64,000 nt of DNA from Candidatus Heimdallarchaeota archaeon (GCA_021399395.1 JAAFKJ010000001.1:7357-71356); one strand, 5' to 3'. Positions 25,976-36,857 are shown, counted from the stretch's first letter. Numbers and translations: made by a program. The notes: generated by a model not told the origin, from the sequence alone.

Positions 25976-27331
25976 ATGAGAAGTTTAAGCATAAATACCG
26001 ATGTTCTAATTGTTGGTGCTGGTCCAGCTGGTGTGAGTTTAGCAATTAATCTTGGTAAAAGAGATATCTCAACTATCGTTGTCGATCAAAAACAGAAAAA
26101 GAACATAGGTTACAAAGCTTGTGGAGATGCGTTATCACCAAATTCAACACGGAAACTATATGAATTTTCAGGGATTAAACAACCTTATGGAGATGAAATA
26201 GCTGAAAATTTGAAGACAGCTCATTTTCGACCAGTTAGTGATTTTGAATTATCTCTTGATTTCGTTTCACAAACAGTTGACCGTTTAAAATATGGTCAAC
26301 GTCTTTTAGAATCCCTAAAAGAATATTCTTCAATAGATGTGAAAACAGAACACAAAGTTGTAGGAACAATAGTTGAAGAAAACCAGGTAATTGGGTGTAA
26401 AGTAAGACAAAAAGATGGTAAAAAGTTCAATATTTATGCAAAAATTGTTGTTGATTGTTCGGGTATTACTGGTATTGTACGAAGAGGAATCCCAGTTTCA
26501 GTTTGTGACAAATTCCCAAATAAACTCAAGAAAGAAGAAACCATTGTTTCCTACCGAGAGATTATAGAAACTTCTGAACCTCACGAATATCAATATCAGA
26601 TGAGGATAGAATATCATGATGAAATGCCTCCTCCAGGTTATTTTTGGATTTTTTCCAAAGGTGAAAAGAAGCTAAATGTGGGTGTTGGTTGGTTACTTAA
26701 TGATAATAATAAGAAAGCAAATGTGAAAACCATACATGAAACTATCAGAAAGAAAATTTTTCCCAGCGCAAAAGTTTTGGATGCTGTTGGAGACACTTTA
26801 CCAGGTCGTTTACCATTGTATTCAATGGTCTGTAATGGTTTTCTGACTTGTGGAGATGCTGCTACACTTGTTAATCCTATTAGTGGAGAAGGGCATGGTC
26901 CAGCTTTGTTGAGTGCGTATCATGCTGCGGATATCGTGGAAAAAGCCATTAGAAATAACGATAACAGCGAAGAAGCTCTATGGGAGTATAACATTAAGAT
27001 TTGGAATTACTATGGATATGAGGGCGGATTAGGTATAGCTGTCCATAAACTTCTAGCTGCTGTTCCCTTCAGCGATTTCTCTTTTCTCTTCGAAAAAGGG
27101 ATAATAACACAAGAAGATGTAGATGCAATAATGGGATCTACAGCTGTTAAATTGCCAATATTCCAAAAAGTAATCAAAGGGATGAGGAAGCCAAAATTGC
27201 TAATCAAAGTAGCAAAAGGATTGTTACTAGCTGAGAGAATAAAGAAACTATCCACGAAATATCCTTCTAAACCAAATAGATTTTACAGGTGGAAAAAGAA
27301 GATAGAAAAAATTGAAAGGAAAAGAATCTAA
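25976..27331 (+). CDS. geranylgeranyl reductase family FAD-dependent oxidoreductase
   Basis: VLIVGAGPAGVSLA dinucleotide fold, KACGDALS, GDAATLVNPISGEG. Confidence 0.8.
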   Translation: MRSLSINTDVLIVGAGPAGVSLAINLGKRDISTIVVDQKQKKNIGYKACGDALSPNSTRKLYEFSGIKQPYGDEIAENLKTAHFRPVSDFELSLDFVSQTVDRLKYGQRLLESLKEYSSIDVKTEHKVVGTIVEENQVIGCKVRQKDGKKFNIYAKIVVDCSGITGIVRRGIPVSVCDKFPNKLKKEETIVSYREIIETSEPHEYQYQMRIEYHDEMPPPGYFWIFSKGEKKLNVGVGWLLNDNNKKANVKTIHETIRKKIFPSAKVLDAVGDTLPGRLPLYSMVCNGFLTCGDAATLVNPISGEGHGPALLSAYHAADIVEKAIRNNDNSEEALWEYNIKIWNYYGYEGGLGIAVHKLLAAVPFSDFSFLFEKGIITQEDVDAIMGSTAVKLPIFQKVIKGMRKPKLLIKVAKGLLLAERIKKLSTKYPSKPNRFYRWKKKIEKIERKRI

Positions 27332-29199
27332 GTAACAACTACTTTTCCGTCACCTATTCTAATCATCCTATCACATATTTTTGCAACTTCAAGATCATGG
27401 GTAACTAGAATAACTGCCGTACCTTGTTCTTTGGCAAATCTATTGATTAAATCAATTACAACTTTTCCTGTTTGAGAATCAAGATCTCCAGTTGGTTCAT
27501 CTGCGAAAAGAACTGCAGGATTGTTAATCATGGCCCTGGCTATGGTTACGCGTTGCATTTGCCCCCCAGATAGTTTGATAGGATATTGATTCTGAAATCG
27601 TTCAAGTCCTACTTCCCTAATGAGTTCTAATGCACGCTTTTTAACATCTCTTCTAGGGTTTCCAATCATCAAACCCGGAAACATTACATTTTCAAGTACT
27701 GTCAATTGAGGTACTAGATTATAGTATTGGAAGATGAAACCCATATTTCTTCTTCTGAACATGGAAACTGCAGAATCAGTCATAGTGTCAATGTTTGTAC
27801 CTAATAGAAAAACTGCACCTCGATTAGGTGTATCTAACCCTGAAAGTAAATTTAGAAGTGTTGTCTTTCCACTTCCGGAAGGTCCAATAATTGCTACCAT
27901 CTCACCCTTCTTGATTTCCATATCTACTCCTCTGAGTGCATAAACAGTTGATCCCACCAAACGATAGGTTTTGAAAAGCGAAACCCCTTTTAGAATAGTT
28001 TCTTCTTCAACGTCAATTGTTCGCCGGTTTTCAATTCCGATATCTGTAGGTATGGATTGAAAATAAGCTACATCCCTGAATTTGTCTGCAAAATATTTCA
28101 GTAGTTGAATCTCTGTCAATGTTTGAGTGAAAATATTGGCTAGAAAGTCAATTTGCTCAATTTCCTTTTCTGGAAGATCTTTATATTTGTTGATTATATT
28201 CAGTAGGGACTGATAGACTTTCTTAACATTTACTTGCAGATGATTCAAACGCGAAGTTGTATCTTCACAGTTTGTCATCGTTTCAACCATCATCAAATAA
28301 TCCATTAGTGTACCATATTCTAGCTTTTCTACCTCTATTTTTAGTTCTTTGTTAACCTCTGAAACTCGTTTTAATTGTTTTAGTAGAACAGAGATAGCTT
28401 GTTGTGTTGATGATAATAGACCAAATACAACACGCAAAGTTCTCCATAATTTATCACTCATTTGATCTTCTAGAAGCCTCACATTTTCTTCTATGAGTAT
28501 TAATTCTTCTAACTTATGGATTGCTACTTCATTTGATGCTAAGATTGAATTGAGATTATTGGAGCAGGCTTTTCCAAATTGAGCAATTAGAAGATGTTCT
28601 GCGATTAATCTTAGAGGCACGTTAGAGGTCTTATCTTCAACTTCTCGCTTCAATATAAAATCAGGAAACATTATAATATCTGGATAATCATCTGGAAAAT
28701 CCCATATAATTAAGAATGTTTTCAGTAGAACATCACTTACTCTTTCAATGACTTGATCATCTATTGTTTTTGCTTTTTGTACAATTCCTTCTATTATACC
28801 TGAACTATTTTGAGCGCCAGAACTTTTTACAAGATTAGTAAGCATTTGTGTAATATCTTTAATCTCAACATTTTTTCTTATTTCTTTGGAATAATTTGCA
28901 CACTCACCTTTACAATAATTTTGAACAATACTTTCTAATTTTTGTATAACCTCTTTTCTTTGTTCACCAGATTCTACTGAAGCTAAAGGAATGCTACATT
29001 TCACGAAAAGAAAAGTATTAACCTCAAGGACATCAAAGGAGCTCAGAGAGGAAGATGGTGTAAGTTTGGATACAAACTTTTTTAATTTTCGAATCAGAAG
29101 ATTCAGAGAATCTCTGTTTAATTTGTTTATGAGTACTCCCATCGTCATCTCTACGAATTTTTCTTGTGTTGGAAATTCTGTTGGTGTTTTTTCACTCAT
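27328..29199 (-). CDS. ABC transporter ATP-binding protein (MacB/LolD-like NBD) with a ~400-aa N-terminal domain of unknown function
   Basis: C-terminal GPSGSGKTTLLNLLSGLD, LSGGQMQRVTIARAM, LFADEPTGDLD, THD. No motif recognised in residues 1 to ~397. Confidence 0.85.
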   Translation of the reverse strand: MSEKTPTEFPTQEKFVEMTMGVLINKLNRDSLNLLIRKLKKFVSKLTPSSSLSSFDVLEVNTFLFVKCSIPLASVESGEQRKEVIQKLESIVQNYCKGECANYSKEIRKNVEIKDITQMLTNLVKSSGAQNSSGIIEGIVQKAKTIDDQVIERVSDVLLKTFLIIWDFPDDYPDIIMFPDFILKREVEDKTSNVPLRLIAEHLLIAQFGKACSNNLNSILASNEVAIHKLEELILIEENVRLLEDQMSDKLWRTLRVVFGLLSSTQQAISVLLKQLKRVSEVNKELKIEVEKLEYGTLMDYLMMVETMTNCEDTTSRLNHLQVNVKKVYQSLLNIINKYKDLPEKEIEQIDFLANIFTQTLTEIQLLKYFADKFRDVAYFQSIPTDIGIENRRTIDVEEETILKGVSLFKTYRLVGSTVYALRGVDMEIKKGEMVAIIGPSGSGKTTLLNLLSGLDTPNRGAVFLLGTNIDTMTDSAVSMFRRRNMGFIFQYYNLVPQLTVLENVMFPGLMIGNPRRDVKKRALELIREVGLERFQNQYPIKLSGGQMQRVTIARAMINNPAVLFADEPTGDLDSQTGKVVIDLINRFAKEQGTAVILVTHDLEVAKICDRMIRIGDGKVVVT

Positions 29200-29912
29200 T
29201 TCTGCTCATCTCCTTTATCAACAATTTCACCATCTACAATTCTAATTATCCTATGACAGAATGAAGCGATATATTCGGAATGCGTTACAACAAGAAATGT
29301 TTGTTCGTAGTTTTCGTTTATTGAAACGAATAAATTCATTATTTCAGTTGAAGTATCTTGATCTAAATCTCCTGTGGGTTCATCTCCAAGTATAATAGCA
29401 GGATTCATCAGCAGTGCTCTGGACACTGCAACTCGTTGTTGTTCTCCTCCACTTAGCTGATTTGGTAAGTGAAAGATTTTATCTCCCAAACCCATTTGAC
29501 GAAGCATCATTTTAGCTTCTTCCTCTGCTTCTAAACGGGATATATTGGTTAGCAATAAAGGTAAAACTGTGTTATCTAGAGCTGATATGAATTCAAATAG
29601 ATTGAATAATTGAAAGATATAACCTATATTGTGCAGTCGAAATTCTGTCATTTCAATATCAGCTAATTCACTTACATCTTGACCTTGGATGAAAATCTCT
29701 CCTTCTGTGGGTTGATCTATTCCTCCTAGAAGATTTAATAGAGTAGTTTTACCGCAACCTGAAGGACCCATGATAGCGACCATTTCACCTTTCTTAATCT
29801 CAATATCAAGTCCTTTAAGAGCATGAACCTCTAGGTCTGTACCTTCAGCGTATGTTTTGTGTAGATTTGTTGTCTTTAGTATAATTTCTTCGTTCATGTT
29901 ATCATCCCACAT
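29196..29912 (-). CDS. ABC transporter ATP-binding protein (MacB/LolD-like)
   Basis: GPSGCGKTTLLNLLGG, LSGGEQQRVAVSRAL, ILGDEPTGDLD. 4-nt overlap with the downstream ATPase gene. Confidence 0.9.
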   Translation of the reverse strand: MWDDNMNEEIILKTTNLHKTYAEGTDLEVHALKGLDIEIKKGEMVAIMGPSGCGKTTLLNLLGGIDQPTEGEIFIQGQDVSELADIEMTEFRLHNIGYIFQLFNLFEFISALDNTVLPLLLTNISRLEAEEEAKMMLRQMGLGDKIFHLPNQLSGGEQQRVAVSRALLMNPAIILGDEPTGDLDQDTSTEIMNLFVSINENYEQTFLVVTHSEYIASFCHRIIRIVDGEIVDKGDEQK

Positions 29913-32900
29913 ATCTTATTGCTTCAGCTGGAGTTATCTGACTCGCTCTTATTCCTGGTATTATCGACGCTATGAGTGCTATTCCGAGCATTATACCCGT
30001 ATAGAGTAACAATTTAAGTAATGGAATTACCAATCTCCAGTCATAAATATTCGAGAACGACCATCCTAGAATGAGACTGTTTATGAATCCCATTACTAAG
30101 CCTAAAATTGCCAGAATAAATAATTCCAGCATTATTGACCCAATTATTTGTCGTTTCTTAAAGCCTATTGCTCTCATCATTCCTATTTCTCTTCTTCTTT
30201 CTGATACATTCCTCACGGCAATAATTATCATCCCAAGCGCACCAACAACCAAACCAAAACCAACGAAATATTCTAGAAAGGCAAATGTTTTCACTTGGAA
30301 GTCAACTAATTGAAGCATTTCATTCCAATAAGAATCTGCATCAGCAGCAACAAAATCTTCACTCAGTACAAGTAATGATTCATTACCGTTGAAGTATTCT
30401 TCAATTCTTTCAGCAAGTTCATAGTTTTCATCAGTTCTGAAATTTAGAGATGTTTGTACTAGAAACCTTGTATACTTTGGATATAAAACAAAATTATCTC
30501 TTAATATTGGATAAAAGTCAGGTGTAATAATTAAACTTGGTAATCGTGATTCGAATGCAAATGGATACTGCATAACAGATGCAATTACTATTACCTGTCT
30601 TGGGGAATATCCTAGTCCGTGTAAGTTAAAAACAAATCCTGGTCTAAGAAGAGGTGTAGTTGAAATTACTGTTTCGAAACCATTGTCATTATCTACATAT
30701 CCTTCTGCATTGAATTTTGTTCGGTTATAGAAGAAATCCCAGATTTCGTGACTATATTCTCGTTGATACTCTTCTGAAGCTCCTGGTTTGTATTTTTTTG
30801 TAAATTGACTGATAGATTGTTCAAAAATGAAATCAAATGTATAATCACTGCCATTTTTGAAAGTATCTTCATAAATCATATCCACTCCAGCAGGTAGGAT
30901 TTCTGACGGTATCTCGAACTCATACCCTTCTACTTGCGTGATGTAAATAATCGTAGAATTTATTCCTTTTACGTAGGTGATTGCTTCATCCACCGAATAG
31001 AGATCTTTCTCTACTTCAACTAAAGATGAGTTTGCGATAGGTGTATCCAATTCGATAAATATTGGAGCACCACCACTAAAGAACTCCGCTGATTCTAACG
31101 TATTGTAGGAATATGTTGATTGGTAAATACCAGCGAAGATATTCATTGTTAGAACAAGTGCGAAAATACCGAATGTTAATGTACTCCGAATAGATTTTGA
31201 TGTCATATATTTACTTGAAATCAAAGAAACTCCTTTTTTCAATCTAGTTCTATATAGCATGTTTCTGAGAGAATTTGTAACAGCTGAAAGATTGACACCT
31301 ACAACTATTATTGACCCCAGTGCCAAAACGACAGCGAGAGTTGCCAAAATTTTAGTGTTTTCTGTAACTTCCTTTAGCGCGGGTAGTGAGGTTAGCAACA
31401 TAACAATAGCTACTCCCATAAAAGTAAGACCAATACCATTCCCCATTATTTTCTTAGAAAATAGATATCCTAGAATTATACTTACTCCAATTAGAACAGC
31501 CGCACTAGCTCCCATAAACATCCATTGTTCCAATGATGTATCCCAGCCTTCAGGTACAAAGAATGATCCATATAGTAGATACTGTGAGACAAAAATTCCT
31601 ATCCCACCTACGATAAATGTTAGACCTAAACCTAGAGAGAATGTTCCAGTCCTTTTTGGTTTTACTTTCTTAATTCCTCTAATTACTTCTATAACATCTA
31701 CTCTTGCAGCTCTTATCGCTGGAAATACACCTGCACCTACAGAGAGGATCAGTCCTAATACTATTGAATAAATGACAGCTCCACTCGTAACTGTTGGTTG
31801 AAGTATAATTGCACCTTCAAAAAATGTCTGTCCTATTTGGTACACTAAGAAAACGGACATACCATATCCCCCCGCTACACCCATAAACGAGCCAAAAATA
31901 CCTAGTACTGTTGATTCAATTAAGAACAGTTGAACAATCTCTCTTCGTTTTGATCCAATTGCTCTTAGAATTCCCAATTGCTGAATCCTATCTTCTACTT
32001 GAATAAGTTGAATATTCACCAATAGGAGAACACCAGCAAAGATAATTAGTGCCCCAAACAGGTTGAAAGCGATTAAAACATCAGCAAGAATTTCTTCAGA
32101 AACCTCAAGTATCAATGCACGAAAAGCTATGATAATCAACCCATTGGATCCTGTTGGATCTAGAAGTTCTTTAAGTTCTAATTCTACTTGTTTAGCATAT
32201 TCATTATCTACTGGATTTTCTTCGTGATTAGCACTTAGTGCAATATTAATATCAGTACAAACATCAGGATCTAAACCAAGAATTGACCTTATATTGTCAA
32301 TACTTGTCCAGAGAGCTCTTCCTCCGAGCTCCTTTCCCTTACCTAAATCTGATAAGAAGTCTACTACTTTCAAATCATAGGTTTTGTATTCATATCTCAG
32401 GGTGCCAGTTTGATTGAGTTCGCCTATTCTTATTTTAATAATGGACCCAACAGTAACGTTTAGGTCTTCTTGTAAATCAGATCCAAGAAGAACATGAGAT
32501 TCATTTGAAAATATGTCTGAGAGTTGAACTTGAGAGATTTTTGTTTCATTCTCGAAATGAAATTGCCCAAACACTGGATCTTCATCCAGTTCAACACCGA
32601 CAAAACTTACACCCTTTTCTAAATCTCCCGTTTCTAAATTGTAAACAGCAACGTCCTGCGTTACTCTCGCATTTATAGCTGCGAATTCGATATCCGAAGC
32701 ATATATCTGATCAATAATGCCTTCATAATCTTGAATTGGAAAACCAAATCCACTAATAATTATGTCATTTTCTCCTATAGCATCTGCAAAAAACTTCAAT
32801 GCTTCAGTTGAAAAACTTGTGATAGTAATCTGAACTCCCACCATTAAAGAAACGCCAAGGGAGATAGCAATCAAAGTACCGATGTTCTTTCCAAGTCTTC

Positions 32901-32940
32901 GTTTGAATGTTTTTTGGAAAAGATTTGTAATATAACTCAT
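29902..32940 (-). CDS. ABC transporter permease with two FtsX/MacB-type modules and large extracytoplasmic domains (1012 aa)
   Basis: N-terminal TM followed by a long soluble segment and a 3-TM FtsX-like block (RAIGSKRREI). The pattern repeats in the C-terminal half (RAIGFKKRQI). Confidence 0.85.
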   Translation of the reverse strand: MSYITNLFQKTFKRRLGKNIGTLIAISLGVSLMVGVQITITSFSTEALKFFADAIGENDIIISGFGFPIQDYEGIIDQIYASDIEFAAINARVTQDVAVYNLETGDLEKGVSFVGVELDEDPVFGQFHFENETKISQVQLSDIFSNESHVLLGSDLQEDLNVTVGSIIKIRIGELNQTGTLRYEYKTYDLKVVDFLSDLGKGKELGGRALWTSIDNIRSILGLDPDVCTDINIALSANHEENPVDNEYAKQVELELKELLDPTGSNGLIIIAFRALILEVSEEILADVLIAFNLFGALIIFAGVLLLVNIQLIQVEDRIQQLGILRAIGSKRREIVQLFLIESTVLGIFGSFMGVAGGYGMSVFLVYQIGQTFFEGAIILQPTVTSGAVIYSIVLGLILSVGAGVFPAIRAARVDVIEVIRGIKKVKPKRTGTFSLGLGLTFIVGGIGIFVSQYLLYGSFFVPEGWDTSLEQWMFMGASAAVLIGVSIILGYLFSKKIMGNGIGLTFMGVAIVMLLTSLPALKEVTENTKILATLAVVLALGSIIVVGVNLSAVTNSLRNMLYRTRLKKGVSLISSKYMTSKSIRSTLTFGIFALVLTMNIFAGIYQSTYSYNTLESAEFFSGGAPIFIELDTPIANSSLVEVEKDLYSVDEAITYVKGINSTIIYITQVEGYEFEIPSEILPAGVDMIYEDTFKNGSDYTFDFIFEQSISQFTKKYKPGASEEYQREYSHEIWDFFYNRTKFNAEGYVDNDNGFETVISTTPLLRPGFVFNLHGLGYSPRQVIVIASVMQYPFAFESRLPSLIITPDFYPILRDNFVLYPKYTRFLVQTSLNFRTDENYELAERIEEYFNGNESLLVLSEDFVAADADSYWNEMLQLVDFQVKTFAFLEYFVGFGLVVGALGMIIIAVRNVSERRREIGMMRAIGFKKRQIIGSIMLELFILAILGLVMGFINSLILGWSFSNIYDWRLVIPLLKLLLYTGIMLGIALIASIIPGIRASQITPAEAIRYVG

Positions 32941-33072
32941 AGTTTTAACCTTAACTTACGTAAATCAATGAATTTACTATATTTTCTAACTATATAAATG
33001 GTTATTTTTGTAAAAAATAGATATCATATGTAACTGTTTTAGATACTGCTCAATATTCAGATACTTTTAAAA

Positions 33073-34707
33073 ATGCCACAGATGGTTGTTCATAAATTGG
33101 TGAATTTTGACATGTTTGGAAAAAGAGAATCCTCTTTAATGGAACTTGGCAAGAGCTCAAAGTTCGCTATAGCATTTTTTGTTTCTTTTGCACTTGCAAA
33201 ATTGATAGGTCTTGCTTTTACTAAGATATTCACCAACACATTATCTGAAGCTGATATGGGTCAATATACTGTTATCGCTTCAGCAATTGCACTATTAATT
33301 GGATTCTCATCGTTTGGTTTTACTTCTTCAGTCAACCGATATACCATTAAGTATAAGATTTCGAAAGAACTTGATACTTTCAAGAATTTCATTTTCACAG
33401 GAATTCTAATTTATATTATTGCAGAAGTGGTTGTAATTGTATCAATTCTTATAGTGTTTTTTGTTACAGGACAAGGACCGTGGTTTCTTCAAGTAGAAAA
33501 TTACCTTATTATCATTCTGTTGATAGCTCTCATTGTATTTGCCCAAATTTTTAGTACAATATGTTACACAATAGCCACATCATTACAAAACAGTCGATAT
33601 TATGCTAACATCATTATAGCAAGAGTCTTACTCCAAATACCCTTCGGCATTATCTTTGTAATTTTCTTTGATTTAGGATTATTTGGTTTAGTTATTGGTT
33701 TAGCAGTGTCCGAAACAATTGTAGCCATTTATAGCATTTTTCATATTTTCAAGGATATTGGTATTGGTAGATTTTCCCTTACTGAGTTCAAGAAGATAAT
33801 GATTTTCTCACTTCCTTCATACTATGTTGGTATTGTTTGGCAAGGCTTCAACATATTAGTCTTATTGCTTGTTGAATACTTCTTCCCCCTGACTGGAACT
33901 GAGACAATTGCTCTTTATAGGTATGGTGCTTTACTTGTAACAAATTTAATCTTAGTTGCAGGTAATATGGTTACTATGGTGTATAGACCTGTGATTTACA
34001 GATTATTTGAGCGAGAAGAACATGATCGAATTCAACTTGTTTCTCAAAAAATCCTCAAGATATTCCTTATTATATTAGCTGTTTTGAGTATAGCTTTGTA
34101 TGCATTTTCTCCTATTCTAATAATATATTTCACTAATAGCAATTATCTTCCAAGTATATTCATTATTCCTTTCCTACTTGGAGCCGTTGTTTTCAAATAT
34201 CTTCAGGGTATACTGGCTTTTGGTCACAGTTTGTACTTCAAGCTATATTGGAATGCTATTTTTGTAACGATTGCATTTGGAGCTGCATTTGTTATTGCTT
34301 GGTTTGTTATTCCTTTGAACCCATTACTTGGATTAGCAGCTGCTTTCTTTGTAATCAGAGCGGTTTACTCTGCAGGAACGATTCTTATATCCCGACGATA
34401 TTACAAACTGAAATATGACATAAAGGGGTTGATTCATTTAGTTGTTATTTTCTTGATCTCAGCTGGTGTTGGAGTAGTTTGCTATTATCTTGCTTTTGAT
34501 TTCTTGGGGATTTACAACGTTACTCTATCTTTCTCAATCTCACTAGTTCTATTTGTTGCTGGTATTTTGTTAACTAAGCAAATAAGAAGAGATGATATAA
34601 CCTTCTTTACTACCTTATTCAAGGAATATTTCAAGAAATATAAAAAGCCTAAAGATAAAACTGAAAAAGTTTCTGATACAATCGAAGAGGCAACAGATCT
34701 TGATTAA
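33073..34707 (+). CDS. polysaccharide/oligosaccharide flippase-like (MOP/Wzx superfamily) membrane protein
   Basis: About 14 hydrophobic segments. Context of glycan-modifying enzymes. The start is uncertain, with an internal Met at residue 23. Confidence 0.6.
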   Translation: MPQMVVHKLVNFDMFGKRESSLMELGKSSKFAIAFFVSFALAKLIGLAFTKIFTNTLSEADMGQYTVIASAIALLIGFSSFGFTSSVNRYTIKYKISKELDTFKNFIFTGILIYIIAEVVVIVSILIVFFVTGQGPWFLQVENYLIIILLIALIVFAQIFSTICYTIATSLQNSRYYANIIIARVLLQIPFGIIFVIFFDLGLFGLVIGLAVSETIVAIYSIFHIFKDIGIGRFSLTEFKKIMIFSLPSYYVGIVWQGFNILVLLLVEYFFPLTGTETIALYRYGALLVTNLILVAGNMVTMVYRPVIYRLFEREEHDRIQLVSQKILKIFLIILAVLSIALYAFSPILIIYFTNSNYLPSIFIIPFLLGAVVFKYLQGILAFGHSLYFKLYWNAIFVTIAFGAAFVIAWFVIPLNPLLGLAAAFFVIRAVYSAGTILISRRYYKLKYDIKGLIHLVVIFLISAGVGVVCYYLAFDFLGIYNVTLSFSISLVLFVAGILLTKQIRRDDITFFTTLFKEYFKKYKKPKDKTEKVSDTIEEATDLD

Positions 34708-34709
34708 TT

Positions 34710-35537
34710 TCACTTATTTTTATCCCAAATCGAAACATCTAATCCTGTTAGGTCTGCTAGTTTCCTATTATGATCTATGAAGTAATGTTTCAATTCCTCT
34801 TTTATTTCAGGAGAGATTTTAGTGTATCCAGGTTTTTTTCTCTTGATTGCAAGAAATTGTATTCCTTTATGAATTAGAGATTTTTCATGAAAGATTTCTG
34901 AAGACTTTCTCAATAAACGAGGTATTCTAGGTATTATTGTTATGTTCCTTATCTCATCTTGATATTCAAAATTATTGAATGATACTCTTAGAAATTTGAA
35001 TAATCCTTTCATATTCTCTACTGGATTCCTTACAAAGTCTTCAAAGATCATAAAATACATCTGTTTCTTATCAAAGAAATTTAGGTATCTTTCAATCTGT
35101 TCAGCGTAGATGCTTCTCTTTAGATATCCTTTCCAAACATCTTTCTTTAGACGTTCAGGTTCTTTTCTCACTGCTTTATCAAAACTATAATTTTCTCGCC
35201 CAGACTTGACAGCATGCCAATAGTTTGAATAAGATCTACTTAAAGGGTTCCGAAAAATCCATACTAATTTTATATCAGATTTATACTCATAAATTCTTTC
35301 AGGAACTTTTTCTAAATAACTGTATGTTGGAGTCTTTTCACCGATTATGTTCTCTGGATTGCAGTCTTTGAAAATACCCTCATACCACTGTATACCTTTG
35401 TTGTAGTTTTCTTCATTGTTAAAATAATGTACTTCTTTCAAAGGGATACAAATCTGTGGATTGTGTTTGAGTTGAAATGCCAGACTTGATGTACCAGCTT
35501 TCATAGCGCCTACTATTATGAAATCAAGTTTTTTCAT
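34710..35537 (-). CDS. PAPS-dependent sulfotransferase family protein
   Basis: 5'-PSB-like IIVGAMKAGTSSL and 3'-PB-like IFRNPLSRSYS. Confidence 0.8.
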   Translation of the reverse strand: MKKLDFIIVGAMKAGTSSLAFQLKHNPQICIPLKEVHYFNNEENYNKGIQWYEGIFKDCNPENIIGEKTPTYSYLEKVPERIYEYKSDIKLVWIFRNPLSRSYSNYWHAVKSGRENYSFDKAVRKEPERLKKDVWKGYLKRSIYAEQIERYLNFFDKKQMYFMIFEDFVRNPVENMKGLFKFLRVSFNNFEYQDEIRNITIIPRIPRLLRKSSEIFHEKSLIHKGIQFLAIKRKKPGYTKISPEIKEELKHYFIDHNRKLADLTGLDVSIWDKNK

Positions 35538-35547
35538 GATTATCGCT

Positions 35548-36063
35548 CTAATGGAATTTTTTCTCTTCCTTCAATTTGTAGTAGTGATCTTTATCACGAT
35601 ACTTGAAGGTTTTAGCAGGATGTCCTCCTGCGATTCCACAAGCTGGTATATCTTTTATCACTACACTGCCAGCTTGAATAATTGCACCTTCACCTATTGT
35701 CACACCACCAGCAATAATACATCTAGCTCCAATCCACACATTGTCTTCGATTACGATTTTCTTTCGTATATAGGTCTCATCATATGGTATCTTTGTACTT
35801 TCATAGTTGTGATTTCGAGTGAGAAAGAGTATATCAGGACCACTGTGAAAATTGTCACCAATGACAACCTCACCATCACCTCTGATTGCTACTCCGTTAA
35901 AAGTTACATTGTTACCCAATGTTGTATTTTTATTAACATTTGATTTGAAATTGACACTAAGTCCATCACCAACTTCTAGTGCAACCTTCTTCACTTGAGA
36001 TCGATACATTCGGCGCTTAGTATTTCTTAGGACTGTTTTGACTACCCCATAGATATTAACCAT
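35548..36063 (-). CDS. hexapeptide-repeat (LbH) sugar O-acetyltransferase-like
   Basis: Repeated [LIV]-G-x4 hexapeptides ([27 protein letters not shown]). Confidence 0.8.
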   Translation of the reverse strand: MVNIYGVVKTVLRNTKRRMYRSQVKKVALEVGDGLSVNFKSNVNKNTTLGNNVTFNGVAIRGDGEVVIGDNFHSGPDILFLTRNHNYESTKIPYDETYIRKKIVIEDNVWIGARCIIAGGVTIGEGAIIQAGSVVIKDIPACGIAGGHPAKTFKYRDKDHYYKLKEEKKFH

Positions 36064-36179
36064 ATATAAACACTCAAACTATTTATTATTCCTAGATATT
36101 TAAGCCTTTTTTCTTTTGATTACACTATGATAAAAGACAAAGAAGTTTATATATATATGTAGATGAGTATCTCACAATT

Positions 36180-36857
36180 ATGAAAGATAGATTGCTAAAA
36201 AAAATACGAACCCTTCCTAAGAAGCTTAGAGAGAAATTATTTTTTAGTAAATTAACTCATAAGCAAGCTCTAACATATTGGTCTGAACCCAATGATGGTT
36301 CTAATAAACCTGAAGGATATTTACAACTAGAAAAAACAAAAAGATCTCAACTACTTCTGAAGCTTCTTGAAATTGCTGACATTCCCAAGAACGCTAAGAT
36401 TCTAGAATTAGGACCAAATGCATGTAGAAATCTAAATTTCTTGTACAACAATGAGTATGTAAACTTATTTGGTATTGAAATATCAGAAAACGCTTTAGAC
36501 TTAGCTAAGAAGAGCTTTCCAAGTCAAATTAATAAAATTACTTTATTAAATGCACCAGTTGAATCAATTCTACCACTATTTTTTACAAAGTTTGATGTAA
36601 TTTTTACAATGGCGGTATTAGAGCATATTCACACTAAAGCCTCAAAAGAAATATTCAAACATATTTCTAAATTGACTAATATTCTAATTACAATTGAAGA
36701 TGAATTTGGGGTTTCAGAACGGCATTTCCCTCGCAATTATCAAAAAATATTTGAGTCCTTGGGTTTTAACCAAATTCATGTAGAAGAAGATGTAACAAAC
36801 CACCATTTTAACAAAAGTTTCAGAGCTAGGATTTTTGTAAAAAAAGAACATACTTAA
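36180..36857 (+). CDS. class I SAM-dependent methyltransferase
   Basis: ILELGPNACRN (motif I-like) and DVIFTMAVLEHI (motif II/III-like). Confidence 0.65.
   Translation: MKDRLLKKIRTLPKKLREKLFFSKLTHKQALTYWSEPNDGSNKPEGYLQLEKTKRSQLLLKLLEIADIPKNAKILELGPNACRNLNFLYNNEYVNLFGIEISENALDLAKKSFPSQINKITLLNAPVESILPLFFTKFDVIFTMAVLEHIHTKASKEIFKHISKLTNILITIEDEFGVSERHFPRNYQKIFESLGFNQIHVEEDVTNHHFNKSFRARIFVKKEHT

Noticed and set aside
31259-31771. 170-aa plus-strand ORF
   Set aside because: It is antisense within the 1012-aa FtsX-type permease gene and has shadow-ORF composition.
35518-35943. 141-aa plus-strand ORF
   Set aside because: It is antisense to the hexapeptide acetyltransferase, whose repeat motifs strongly support the minus-strand frame.
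36148-36158. (TA)5 microsatellite
   Set aside because: It is a very short run about 22 nt upstream of the methyltransferase ATG. It is most simply a TATA-box-like promoter element in AT-rich DNA.
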